A stretch of 64,000 nucleotides of DNA. It comes from Seinonella peptonophila (lineage in GTDB: Bacteria > Bacillota > Bacilli > Thermoactinomycetales > Thermoactinomycetaceae). A program made the translations under genes and the position numbers. The DNA lies in assembly GCF_900129355.1 (NCBI RefSeq), contig NZ_FQVL01000007.1, positions 58,106-122,105 on the forward strand, in the 5' to 3' direction. Below, in pieces: positions 30,712-41,083 of this stretch; within the stretch, counting starts at the first letter, position 1, and every line of letters begins with the position of its first letter. The notes beneath the pieces are model-generated. The model saw nothing but the letters and a program-made list of their open reading frames with translations. It was not told where the DNA came from and did not search any database.

Positions 30712-31084
30712 TTGGCGATCATATTGGGTTTCTATCACTTTATGATATTCAGTTAGAAGATGTCTTTATCAGTAAAAACAACAGAATATATCAATATATC
30801 TTATATATAATTCCCTGTGCTTTCTAACTTGGATATGACATCAGTTGCTTTAATAATAAACAGATTATTTATTTTATTTAAACTCATTATATAAGGAATG
30901 ATTCTATCATGTCGAATTGATTTCTATTCAATTTTATTTGTTTAGTATATAATTGAAAAAGTTCTCTTTCATATGCTTCAGATCTCAGAAAGGTCTAGCG
31001 GTGCCTTTGTTCTCTGAACCAAAGGTATGCCTGAAAGGTGAACTCACAATTATTCGAACGGTCAGAGGTTCAATTCCTCTATCG

Positions 31085-31170
31085 CCCAATCGGTGATTAG
31101 CTCAGTGGTAGAGCATTCGAAAATGGATTTTAAGGTTCGATTCCTTAATGGTTCTTTGGAAACCACATTA
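31085..31170 (+). pseudogene. degenerate tRNA-like sequence (intact D-arm AGCTCAGTGGTAGAGC and T-arm GGTTCGATTCC; anticodon arm and acceptor stem do not fold)
   Basis: read directly; no valid cloverleaf could be built. Confidence 0.35.
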
Positions 31171-31442
31171 AAACTACTAGATGTAACCTTTCTAGATATT
31201 CCTTTAGCACCTGTTGCTTGTTGGCAGGTGCACCAAGATAGAGGCTTTGCAGTGAACGGATATCGGGCAAGATAAGGCAGTTCTTACGGACAAGCTCTTT
31301 TTTAGACTTGATCAGGGTTCCTTGGTCTATGTTTGAGATGGATCTGTCTGGTAACAATTGTCTGAAACTTGTCCTCAAGTTACACTCCGCTAATATTTTG
31401 GAAAGGGTTTCTAGAAAGGTTCTAATTTTTTGGGGTGGAAAC

Positions 31443-32558
31443 ATGTTAAGAGTAAAGATCCAAAATGATGAAAGAGGACTTCTTTTTAAAGATGGAAACT
31501 ATATGAAGTGTCTGCAACCAGGGAAGTATTTTTATAATCCTTTTGTGAAATATAGCGTTGTGAAAGCAGATGTTAATCAGCCTTTTGATGGTGCAGGTAA
31601 AAATATCAATCTCTTTTTAGAAGATGAGGAGCTAGGAAAAGAACTAACGATTTTGGATGTTCAAGATTATGAGATTGCTATTCATTTTGAAGATGGAAAG
31701 CTTGTAGATGTATTAACAGCAGGCAAATATGCTTTTTGGAATGTATTGAAAAAGCATGAATTTATCATGGTAGACAAGAGAAATCCTGAGATTGATCCTA
31801 AGATCGATCTTTCCGTCTATAGTCATCCATTGATGTTTGAACATGTGACACACTTTCATGTGTTGAGCCATGAACAAGGTATTCTTTACTTTGACAATGT
31901 GGTACAGAAGATACTAGAACCAGGCATATACTCTTTTTGGAGAAGCCCGATTCAAGTAACTGTGCAAAAAATCGATTTGAGACAACAGCAGATCGATATG
32001 ACTGGACAAGAGATGATGACAGCAGATAAGGTTTCCATGAGACTTAACTTCGTTTGTCATTATCGGATTACAGATCCACTGAAAGTCATGCAGATTAAGT
32101 CGTTTGAAGAACAGATTTATATTGCACTGCAACTGATTTTAAGAGAGTATGTTGGAATCATGAAGCTCGATGATTTGTTGCTTAAAAAGCAAGAAGTAGG
32201 TCAATATGTTTTGCAAAAGCTACAGGAGAAAAACAATGAGTATGGAGTGGAGTTTATCTTTGCAGGGGTAAAGGATGTGATTTTACCTGGTGATATGAAA
32301 GAAATTTTAAACACCGTCCTGATCGCAGAGAAACAAGCCCAAGCGAATGTTATTACCAGAAGAGAAGAGACTGCCTCTACTCGAAGTTTACTAAATACGG
32401 CTAAGTTAATGGAAGAGAATCAAACGCTCTATAGGTTAAAGGAACTAGAATTTTTAGAAAAAATCTGTGAGAAAATAGGTAATATCTCTCTAACAGGTGA
32501 AAATAATCTACTGGAACAGCTGAATCAATTGGTCGCGAGAAATACAAATCATAAATAA
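31443..32558 (+). CDS. SPFH/band-7 (stomatin/flotillin-like) domain protein
   Basis: C-terminal half has the SPFH core plus a coiled-coil-like EKQAQANVITRREETAS... region; GGTGGA RBS. Confidence 0.65.
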   Translation: MLRVKIQNDERGLLFKDGNYMKCLQPGKYFYNPFVKYSVVKADVNQPFDGAGKNINLFLEDEELGKELTILDVQDYEIAIHFEDGKLVDVLTAGKYAFWNVLKKHEFIMVDKRNPEIDPKIDLSVYSHPLMFEHVTHFHVLSHEQGILYFDNVVQKILEPGIYSFWRSPIQVTVQKIDLRQQQIDMTGQEMMTADKVSMRLNFVCHYRITDPLKVMQIKSFEEQIYIALQLILREYVGIMKLDDLLLKKQEVGQYVLQKLQEKNNEYGVEFIFAGVKDVILPGDMKEILNTVLIAEKQAQANVITRREETASTRSLLNTAKLMEENQTLYRLKELEFLEKICEKIGNISLTGENNLLEQLNQLVARNTNHK

Positions 32559-32886
32559 ATGAAGGGTGATAGAACACGACAGCTCTACTTCCTAGAAGGC
32601 CTGGATCGGAGCGTTGCCGTGAAGCACGATCACGTGCTGGTCTCGCTTTGTCACCATCTTTTTCTCACATATTGAAAAGTATAGACCGATTCCGCCTTAT
32701 CGATTGGGGATCAGTGGATTCAGTTAGCATGAAAATTCCGCTGTTAGGTAGATCTGGTATGATAGGGCAGTAGGTCAAGTGGAGTTTGATATTATTCCTA
32801 ATATTATGCAAATTACCTCCGGAGCCTGGCACTCCGTAAAGCGCCAGTTCCGACACCCCGTGTGAAAGGAGGGTGTCATGGGTGGG

Positions 32887-33486
32887 TCAGTGGTGCTCGT
32901 TCAGCAGCATCACGATCGCGGCGAGCAGGTTCGCCTGAAGGGAGGCCCGCTTCCCCTGCGGGGCGTACGTGCCCTGCCCCTGAAGGCCCTTCCGGAGGTC
33001 CACCAGGATCCCGCCGATCGTGTCGAGCTGGCCAGCGATCGCCTTCGACGCGGGGGACTTCTTGATCTCGGAGATGATCTCCCTCGCGCGGTTCAGGTTC
33101 CTGAGGGACTCCTGCTTCTTCTCCTTGCTGACGCTGACGTCCAGCTTGGCGAGGAGGGAGAGCAGCGTGATCAGCCGGCTCGCCTCGGTTTCCTGCGGCG
33201 GCAGCTCGGCCTGGATGGCGGCGACCTGGTTGTCCGTCAGCTTCAGCATGTCGCTCTGCAGCAGGATGATGAACAGGTGACCGATGGCGTCCAGGTCGAT
33301 CTTGTCGCCGTCGGTCTTCTCCGTGGCGAGCTGCTTCGTCGTGGAGGACTGGTTCTGCGAGACCTCCTGCATCTTCGACGAGACGTCGCTCGGCAGCTCC
33401 AGCACCCCGGCGGCGATGAGGAAGAGGGTCAGCTCCAGGTTCCTGATCATGTCGGACTTGCTGAGCTGCTGGTTCGAGTGGGTCAT
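32887..33486 (-). CDS. hypothetical protein (199 aa) with roughly 65% GC, actinobacterial-like codon usage
   Basis: GC3 near-saturated on this strand; AAGGAG RBS before the ATG; the opposite-strand and other-frame ORFs are R/G/P/L-rich artefacts. Confidence 0.6.
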   Translation of the reverse strand: MTHSNQQLSKSDMIRNLELTLFLIAAGVLELPSDVSSKMQEVSQNQSSTTKQLATEKTDGDKIDLDAIGHLFIILLQSDMLKLTDNQVAAIQAELPPQETEASRLITLLSLLAKLDVSVSKEKKQESLRNLNRAREIISEIKKSPASKAIAGQLDTIGGILVDLRKGLQGQGTYAPQGKRASLQANLLAAIVMLLNEHH

Positions 33487-33752
33487 GTGCACTCCTTGCT
33501 TGAGCACCATTCACTTCCTACCTTAAAAGGCAGGTGGCTTCTCGGATGAAGCACCTGAATGGTTCGATAAAATTATCATATCATGAAAAAAGATAATTGT
33601 GCTAGAAGATATAAAACTGGGATTATATTCAATACATGAAGTATAGCGTTTAAAGTACAAGAAACGTTTTCGTTCGGAAATCTAATGTTTTATACTCCAT
33701 ACCTTTAGAATTAATTTATATACCGAATATTCATATCAGATCAATTCATTGA

Positions 33753-34442
33753 TTATGAATGACGACTTTTCTTTAGGAATGCTAATAAACGAATATCGAT
33801 TAAAAAATGCAGTATCATACAGACTACAATCGACTTTGTCCAAACGAAAATGACAGCGAGTAAAAAACCGAGCATACTTGTTACGATGACACCTCGCCAT
33901 CCTTGATACCAATGTGCCATCCCAAAAATGATGGTAGAAAAGAGAATGGCTAGCCAGATTGGGATGTGCCAATAATCAAGGAATAAGTACAGCAAATAGA
34001 CCCGAAAGAGCAACTCTTCGCAGAATCCTGCTGAAAATGATAAAAATGCCCATCCCCACTTATCTTTTGTGGTTGCGGGAAGAAAATCTTGATAGAGCTC
34101 TAGTTGTAAAACCATTCTTTTGCGAAACGGCTCATTGATGAAAGCCAAGAGAATAGGAACGAATGACCCTACTATCGAACCAATCACTAAATAAAGAGGG
34201 AATCCATCGAAAGAATGCCACCAATCAATTTTTATTTGGTAAAGATAACTGATCATAAAAAAGTAGAGTGTAATACCCCAGAGTATTGCCCCCCACCTTA
34301 TATATAAAGCAAAGCGTTTTGTAGGAGTTTGTTTTACTTGGAAAATAAATTTTTGATAACTCTTTTTTCCCCACCAAGGTTCAATGATAAGTAAATATAA
34401 AAACAAGATATGTATAAGAATAAACTGAATCATAGGAATCAT
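33753..34442 (-). CDS. CPBP-family intramembrane metalloprotease (CAAX protease/Abi)
   Basis: motifs EELLFR (EExxxR), FGMAHWY (FxxxH), LHFLID (HxxxD) in a multi-TM protein. Confidence 0.75.
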   Translation of the reverse strand: MIPMIQFILIHILFLYLLIIEPWWGKKSYQKFIFQVKQTPTKRFALYIRWGAILWGITLYFFMISYLYQIKIDWWHSFDGFPLYLVIGSIVGSFVPILLAFINEPFRKRMVLQLELYQDFLPATTKDKWGWAFLSFSAGFCEELLFRVYLLYLFLDYWHIPIWLAILFSTIIFGMAHWYQGWRGVIVTSMLGFLLAVIFVWTKSIVVCMILHFLIDIRLLAFLKKSRHS

Positions 34443-34887
34443 CCCTTAGATTTTAATAGTAAAGATTGAAAGCTGTCAATGTACCTATTTTTTAACAGTC
34501 TTTCCATAAGCGTATCTAGCGATAAAACCTAATTAGTACCAGGTCATTTGTGCAAAAAGTCTAATCATAATTGACAAATTATTGTATGATTGACTTGTAC
34601 TATAATATGATATCAATTGCAAATTAAATAAGAATCAACACAATCGATCGATCACCCACACAACCTACCTGCACAGTTCGAATTTCCTCAAATTTTAGTA
34701 TGTCAAATGGAAAGTTTCTTTTCTCTCACTATGAATGAAAAAAACTTAGCTTCGAAACGAATTCAAAGAAAATGATTTAGAAGGGGGCACATGATTACGG
34801 GAAATATCCATTAAGCTAAAGTGAGAAGTTATCATTCAGTCGGTTCTAGATCATAAGGACAGATGGCTATTTCCGTAATGTAAGTCG

Positions 34888-35937
34888 ATGATTCGAATAG
34901 TTAATCATAATCTGAAGAATAATTTACTTTCAATGAGGATCGGGTTCATTGTTGTATTGACATGTATGCTGGCTTTATCTACATTTATCTCACTTTCAAC
35001 GACAAAAGTCGAGGCAGCCGCAAACGGTGGCAAAGTGATGAGTGAGAAATGGCGTGATGATCGGACACTTGAGCTAACCATATCAAGCCCATCTGTTGAA
35101 GGGACAAAAAAAGTCCTGCTTTTACTTCCCAAGAGTTGGTCAAAAACAAGTGATCAGAAATGGCCGACATTATGGCTTTTACATGGTGGGGGAGGTAACC
35201 AGGTAGATTGGCTTAAAAATACTGATGTAGCGTCACTGACAAAAAATCTTGACTTGATCGTTGTCATGCCTGAGACAAGCGATTGCAGTGCCTATTCTGA
35301 TTGGTGGAACGATGGAAAATTGGGGAAACCTGCTTGGGAGACCTACTTAACAAAAGATGTTCGGGAAATCCTCGAATCTGGCTATAAGGCGAATGAAAAT
35401 CGTGCAATAGCTGGACTCTCTATGGGTGGATTAGGTGCTTTAAAACTAGCAGCGAATCATCCAAAGATGTTTCAGGCTGCTGCATCATTTAGTGGAAACG
35501 TAGATATTCTTCATCGATATAACAATAGTCTAACAGGCCCTGACTATCCAGGTCTCGGTTGTATTTCAAAATGGAAGAGCATCAATGACTGGAAACGAGT
35601 CTGGGGAGACCCACAGGTTCCCGCTCAAAAAGAGATCTGGAAGCGAAATAATCCTTATGATCAAGCAGAAAAATTATCACAACTTCATTACCTGTATGTC
35701 TCCAGTGGAACTGGTTTTGGAAGCCCTCTAAAAGTAGGGAATCAATTTGACTTGATTGAACAAGAAGTAAATCGACAAGCGCATGGATTAGTGGAGAAAC
35801 TCAATCAATTGCATATACCTGTTGCTTCTCATTTTTATAGTGGAAACCACAGTTGGCCATACTGGAAACAAGAATTACACAAAGCATTACCAGGGATCTT
35901 AAACGCTCTACATGTGGATGGCGATCATAAACAGTGA
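34888..35937 (+). CDS. secreted esterase-family alpha/beta hydrolase (PF00756-like); alternative start 34933 (MRIGFIVV... signal peptide)
   Basis: LLHGGGGN...GLSMGGLGAL nucleophile elbow; N-terminal signal peptide. Confidence 0.7.
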   Translation: MIRIVNHNLKNNLLSMRIGFIVVLTCMLALSTFISLSTTKVEAAANGGKVMSEKWRDDRTLELTISSPSVEGTKKVLLLLPKSWSKTSDQKWPTLWLLHGGGGNQVDWLKNTDVASLTKNLDLIVVMPETSDCSAYSDWWNDGKLGKPAWETYLTKDVREILESGYKANENRAIAGLSMGGLGALKLAANHPKMFQAAASFSGNVDILHRYNNSLTGPDYPGLGCISKWKSINDWKRVWGDPQVPAQKEIWKRNNPYDQAEKLSQLHYLYVSSGTGFGSPLKVGNQFDLIEQEVNRQAHGLVEKLNQLHIPVASHFYSGNHSWPYWKQELHKALPGILNALHVDGDHKQ

Positions 35938-35967
35938 GAAGAAAACCTCCGTTCAAATAACGGAGGT

Positions 35968-36327
35968 TCCAGACTGAAGAAAAACCAATATTTTGGTTAA
36001 AAATCATGGAAAATAAAGCATGTTTAAAGGAGGAAATGCTTTGCAATCTAGCCCGACTTTCAGGCACTACCAAGCCACGACTGTGTAGCGAAGAATAGAT
36101 GGTAGTACTGTCTGCGCACGCCGTGCACAAGTTTCGCTAAGCAGCTAACGCTGCAAGTCTCACTATGACGCGATAGCCGAGTTGATACCACCCTGAGCGA
36201 GCAGTCGTGGCGCCTTGAATACTTCTATGCAGCCTGAACTGGAGGCATCCATCTTTTTTTCAATAACACGGAGTGCATAAAGCTTGACTCACAGAAATGA
36301 AGGCGACTTATACTTTGTCCACAAGCT
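35968..36327 (+). mobile_element. repeat family B copy B1, about 360 bp non-coding element inserted in a terminator hairpin and flanked by 26-bp direct duplications (35942-35967 and 36328-36353: AAACCTCCGTTCAAATAACGGAGGTT)
   Basis: about 85% identical core to 56467-56827; no ORF; flanking hairpin duplicated. Confidence 0.5.
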
Positions 36328-36549
36328 GAAACCTCCGTTCAAATAACGGAGGTTCTTATGTTCATGCAATAATACGGCATTATGAGAGAAGGAGATTGAT
36401 CTAATATTTTGTGTTTAAATTTGAATATTCAGGGTATCATTAAATATAATTGGTTAACTATGTAACATTTTGCTAGTTGTAAATGAATATTGGTTAATTT
36501 CATGTTGTTATTTATCTTAAAGCTTATTTGAGAAAGGAGATATGCAAAT

Positions 36550-36726
36550 ATGGGACTCAAAGATTATTTCAAAGATATATTGAGAGAGAAGGCCACTGAG
36601 GCCGTGGTAGAAGTGGTTCAGGAAGGATATGAGTCCACAACAAAGAAGCCAACAAAATCAGAAGGGGAAGCATTAGAAGATGCAACGGACGCTATCACGC
36701 CGGAGCAAGAAAATAGAGAGCGTTAA
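36550..36726 (+). CDS. possible small acidic protein (58 aa)
   Basis: ORF below the ORF-track cutoff with an AAGGAG 11 nt upstream; weak. Confidence 0.25.
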   Translation: MGLKDYFKDILREKATEAVVEVVQEGYESTTKKPTKSEGEALEDATDAITPEQENRER

Positions 36727-36890
36727 ACAAAAAGTGAAAGTACATAAAGAAGTGAGTTATTTATGAACATAAGTCAATTGTTTAGATTGAAAGTGAGGAT
36801 AAGAGAGCTACGTGTTTGATCAAACCGAGGTACATTGAGATAATTTGCTAGACTTCATATAATCATTTTCTATTTAGAAAGTGGGATTAG

Positions 36891-37637
36891 ATGATGAAAT
36901 GGACAGTACTTGGGTATCAGTCACCATACCCAGGAGAAAATGGTGCTACTCCTGGGTATCTTTTAGAAGAAGACTCATATCGTGTTCTGATTGACTGTGG
37001 CAGTGGCGTTTTGGCACAGCTTGCTAATTATATAGAACCATATCAGCTTGATGCTGTGATTTTATCGCATCTTCATCACGATCATATAGCCGATTTTTTT
37101 GTGTTGCAGTATGCAATCATGTTAGCCATGAAAAACGGTTGGAGAAAAAAAGCGCTTCCTGTATGGGCTCCTTCCAGCCCAGCAAAATGGTATAAACAGT
37201 TATCATATAAAACATGGATTGATCTAAACCCAATTCAATCCGACTCTTCTCAAAAAATTGGACCTTTTGATTTTCATTTTTATCAGACAGATCATGGGAT
37301 TCCCTGTTATGCAATGCAAATCTCAAATGGTAAAACTAAAATTCTTTATGGTGCAGACGCAGGGCCACAGACTGACTGGAAGCGAATGTCCATAGAGCCC
37401 GATTTATTTATCTGTGAAGCAACTTTTTTAGAGGCAAATCGACCTGAGCATCTAAGCGGTCACCTTACCGCAGGATTGGCAGCAGAAGCAGCAGCACAAA
37501 TCGAAGCAAAACACTTGCTGTTAACCCATTTATTCCCTAGCATGGATCCCATGCAAGTAAAAAAGGAAGCAATACAGCGTTTCGAAGGAATTTGCGACGT
37601 AGCAGAATTGGGTTGGTCAATCACAATGGCTAAGTGA
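36891..37637 (+). CDS. MBL-fold metallo-hydrolase
   Basis: HLHHDH motif plus downstream His/Asp ligands. Confidence 0.75.
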   Translation: MMKWTVLGYQSPYPGENGATPGYLLEEDSYRVLIDCGSGVLAQLANYIEPYQLDAVILSHLHHDHIADFFVLQYAIMLAMKNGWRKKALPVWAPSSPAKWYKQLSYKTWIDLNPIQSDSSQKIGPFDFHFYQTDHGIPCYAMQISNGKTKILYGADAGPQTDWKRMSIEPDLFICEATFLEANRPEHLSGHLTAGLAAEAAAQIEAKHLLLTHLFPSMDPMQVKKEAIQRFEGICDVAELGWSITMAK

Positions 37638-38087
37638 GTGAAACATGTAGCCAATTTTAGTAATATGGAGAAATAACATTTAATAACTAAAGGAAAGAAT
37701 TGTATTCGGTATAATATGCTCATCAATCAAGCGTGTATCGATTGCACCAGCGAAAGTAGAGTGTTTTAAATGCCGTGACATGGGCTAGATGCAGTGAACA
37801 AGCGCTTTAGGATAAAGGGGTTTAGATATGTTAAGGTTGTTTAAATTTGGATGTTTACTTCTGATTTTAATTATTGCTTTAACTATGGGGGCCGTACTGT
37901 TTACATCAATTATGACACCTAGATAAAAGGTTCAATTTGATGGGTATCGATCAGTTGGTATGGTTCAGATTTATTTATTCTAGCAAGCTCAGCTTTAGTA
38001 AAACTCTATCAATTAGCCATCTATTAGTGGGAAAACTCATTGATAGATGGCTTTGGTAGTCTATGCGAAAAAAGAGGATATATAGGG

Positions 38088-38363
38088 TTACTGGTTGCGA
38101 GACATTCGAAAGGGATTTCGAAAATCTTTAAATAGGATCCATTGTAGAATATAGAGGCAGTGCATGGCGATTCCCAATGTATAGTCTTGGAAGAAATAGC
38201 TAACAAAACCCCCTAATGGTAACGTAATTGTTAGTAGGACATTGATAAAATATTTTTGCCAATAAGAATTTCTCAATCGAAATCTTGTATATAAGAAAAA
38301 TAAAATTGCTAGTATATAAATGCCATATTCTGAGTGCATCATTTGGTTCATGAAGTTCTCCAT
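38088..38363 (-). CDS. small membrane protein (91 aa)
   Basis: two or three hydrophobic helices; no recognisable motif. Confidence 0.4.
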   Translation of the reverse strand: MENFMNQMMHSEYGIYILAILFFLYTRFRLRNSYWQKYFINVLLTITLPLGGFVSYFFQDYTLGIAMHCLYILQWILFKDFRNPFRMSRNQ

Positions 38364-38479
38364 TATCGAAAACCTTTCTAAGTTTGTTCGTTTAAATAAT
38401 TCTATATAATAAAACGAACAGAGTAAAGAAATCTTCTACTTCATTACAAAATATGGGTAAATAATGAGGAGGTGAATCG

Positions 38480-39250
38480 ATGGAAAGATTGAATATCATA
38501 GATAGTCATCTAGCTTGGTTAGAGGAGCGGACGATCCTGCTAACGCTGACGGGAAGCTATGCATATGGAACAAATGTTGAAACATCTGATCGAGATTATA
38601 AAGGGGTCTGTATCCCACCGATTGAATATTATTTAGGATTAGATGCTTTTAATGAATACCATAAGAGTGGTGGGAAGAACTTTCGAAATACAAAAGATGA
38701 TCTGGACATCACTATTATTCATATTAATAAATTTGTAAAAGATGCGATGCAAGGGGTGCCAAATAATATTGAGATTCTTTTCGTTAGGAAAGACGATTAT
38801 ATAAAAGTTACGCCATTAGGGAAGCGTCTGATTGATCATCGTCACCTATTTTTGTCAAAACAGATCAAGGTGAAATTTGGGGGATATGCTTTCTCACAAA
38901 TTCAGAAACTGAAGACAAAAAAAGAGCATCAGACAGGGAGACAAGATGTGATCCAACAATTTGGCTATGATACGAAATTTTTTATGCATAGTATACGTTT
39001 ATTAACAAGTGCAATTGAAATTTTAGAGACAGGGGATTTTTGTACTTACCGTCCCAATCGTCAATTATTACTCGATTGTCGGAATGGTCGTTATACATTT
39101 GAAGAGGCGCTAGAGATGGTGGATTACTATGATCAGCAGTTAAAACAGGCATTTGAGAAATCAGAACTCCCTAAAAAACCCGACTATCACAAAATCAATC
39201 ATTTATTAATTGAAATAAACCAGACAGGCTTAGCTTTGAAGAATGCCTGA
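38480..39250 (+). CDS. predicted nucleotidyltransferase (Pol-beta superfamily, RlaP/DUF4037-like)
   Basis: GSYAYGTNVETSDRDYKGV GS...D.D motif. Confidence 0.6.
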   Translation: MERLNIIDSHLAWLEERTILLTLTGSYAYGTNVETSDRDYKGVCIPPIEYYLGLDAFNEYHKSGGKNFRNTKDDLDITIIHINKFVKDAMQGVPNNIEILFVRKDDYIKVTPLGKRLIDHRHLFLSKQIKVKFGGYAFSQIQKLKTKKEHQTGRQDVIQQFGYDTKFFMHSIRLLTSAIEILETGDFCTYRPNRQLLLDCRNGRYTFEEALEMVDYYDQQLKQAFEKSELPKKPDYHKINHLLIEINQTGLALKNA

Positions 39251-39299
39251 TTGAGATGTTAGTCAAATACGAAAGGGATTAACTTTTGTATTTGAAAAA

Positions 39300-39440
39300 T
39301 TACCATTTGAAGAGGTGGTAGATTCTTGATCTTAACTGCGGCTCTACCTCAGCTTAGCGATGCAAACGAAGCATGCTCTGGTAGCTCCCTGTTACGCTTG
39401 GTTTTCATCTAAGCACATTTTCCTCACTGCTTGTAAAGTG
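39300..39440 (+). repeat. intergenic repeat family C, copy C2
   Basis: GAGGTGGTAG...CTTAGCxGxCTCTACC...ATGCTCTGxTAxCTCCCTxxTxCGCTTGGTTTTC shared with 20805-21010. Confidence 0.4.
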
Positions 39441-39551
39441 AGGTTCCTTGATTATTGATTGAAAACTTAAATATGATCATACATGACAACTTGGGATAAA
39501 TTTTTTTGGAGATTTCACCAGTGAAAATAGAATTTTGAGAAAGGAAGAGAG

Positions 39552-40589
39552 ATGTTAGAGCCTAAACCGAATTGGTCAGATATTCCTCGCTGCGTAAGCC
39601 GTGAGATGGAAAGTATATTAGGCTCTGTGGTTAAGAAAACTGAAATCGTATATGGTGGATTTGGACCAAGCGCGACCTTTCGTCTCTATTTGCAGGATGG
39701 TCGAACTATTTTTGTAAAAGGAGCAGGGAAAGGTTCAACCTCTGTCAACTGGAAAGGTGTGAAAAAGGAAGAGATTTTATATCAAGAGGTGAAAGCTGTT
39801 CAAGCGTTTTCCCCTGCATATATAGGCTCTGTAAAGCAATCTGATTGGCATTTACTTTTACTTGAGGATATGGGTCATGCTGTAGAAGTTCCACCATGGA
39901 CGGAAGCCTTAGCGAGAAATGCTATGGAGGGAGTCGCACAGTTTCATCTACTTGGTTTACAAGAGAAAGCAAAGTTAGAGAAGATGGATGTAGCAACATT
40001 TGCTTTTCAATGGAGAATGTTGAAAGAAACAAAAGCGGAACGTGAGCTTTTGTTTGCTTTATTTCCTGGGAAAAGAGATGAAATAATCACTTGGTTTGAT
40101 CATGTAATTGATCACCTGATAGAAGCTGAAGAAAGAGTATTTGATATCAATCAACCGTGGGGATTGATTCATTGTGATTTACGTTCAGATAATCTACGAT
40201 TCCTGGAGCAAAAATTGATTCTATTTGATTGGGCCACTACTTGTATGGGACCTCTTATGTTGGATATTGCTTTTTTTCTGCCCAGTATATGGGGGCAGAG
40301 TGGGCCTTTTCCGTCCATATTATTGACTGAATATACTGGGATTATGCAGAACAATGGGGTTGTTTTTTCACAAAGCTCCATCGAGGCAGCCGCTGCATTT
40401 ACTGCTGGGTTCTTTGCAGCAAGAGCAGGAAAAGAACCTATCGATTTTTTACCTCGATTACGGGCTATTCAATATATGCAACTTGGCCCCGCTCTGCATT
40501 GGGTTGCAGATGCATTAGGTCTTCCTGCTCCGCCGAGTCTCCCGCCACTTGAAAGGAATGGTCTGGATGCAGATAAGAGTCTTAACTGA
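39552..40589 (+). CDS. aminoglycoside/choline-kinase-type phosphotransferase (APH family)
   Basis: LIHCDLRSDNL (HxDxxxxN catalytic loop) and DWATTCMG. Confidence 0.7.
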   Translation: MLEPKPNWSDIPRCVSREMESILGSVVKKTEIVYGGFGPSATFRLYLQDGRTIFVKGAGKGSTSVNWKGVKKEEILYQEVKAVQAFSPAYIGSVKQSDWHLLLLEDMGHAVEVPPWTEALARNAMEGVAQFHLLGLQEKAKLEKMDVATFAFQWRMLKETKAERELLFALFPGKRDEIITWFDHVIDHLIEAEERVFDINQPWGLIHCDLRSDNLRFLEQKLILFDWATTCMGPLMLDIAFFLPSIWGQSGPFPSILLTEYTGIMQNNGVVFSQSSIEAAAAFTAGFFAARAGKEPIDFLPRLRAIQYMQLGPALHWVADALGLPAPPSLPPLERNGLDADKSLN

Positions 40590-41070
40590 AGAAGATTTAA
40601 AGGAGTACTGGTCGTTGCGACTTCGGTCCGTTCAAGAGCATCCTGAAGCTTTTATCCCGACAATAGAGGAATTGGATGATCAAAAATATATGGAGATGAC
40701 AGTACGGATCAAGCCAACAGATCTGTCTTGGTTTTTGGGAGCTTTTGAAAATGGAGAACTAGTTGGTGCCATGAGTTGGAAACGGGAAGAGCCAGCCAAG
40801 TTACAACATAAGTCACACATTTATGGTGTGTATGTAGTCCCAGAAGCACGACGAAAAGGAATCGGTCGGGCTTTACTAGAGCATCTCATTAGTCGAGTGA
40901 AAAAAGTAGCTGGAGTTGAACAAATTCTATTAACAGTTGCAAATTCAAATCCAGCCAAATCTCTTTATCTTCAGTGTGGATTTATATCCTATGGATATGA
41001 GAAGAAATCATTGAAAATTGGTGAAGCGTATGTAGACGGAGTGTTGATGGTTCTCTTTTTAAAGGATTGA
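40567..41070 (+). CDS. GNAT-family N-acetyltransferase
   Basis: VVPEARRKGIGRALLEHL acetyl-CoA binding motif. Confidence 0.75.
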   Translation: MQIRVLTEEDLKEYWSLRLRSVQEHPEAFIPTIEELDDQKYMEMTVRIKPTDLSWFLGAFENGELVGAMSWKREEPAKLQHKSHIYGVYVVPEARRKGIGRALLEHLISRVKKVAGVEQILLTVANSNPAKSLYLQCGFISYGYEKKSLKIGEAYVDGVLMVLFLKD

Positions 41071-41083
41071 GTCAATAAGGCTC

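Noticed and set aside
31085-31170. Functional tRNA gene
   Set aside because: No anticodon or acceptor stem can be formed; treated as a pseudogene.
32862-33549. Plus-strand ORFs 32862-33065 and 32878-33549 (with a convincing AAAGGAGGG RBS), and the minus-strand ORF 32876-33514
   Set aside because: All are arginine/glycine/proline-rich low-complexity translations of a 65% GC stretch. Only the 32887-33486 minus frame has saturated GC3 and a balanced amino-acid composition.
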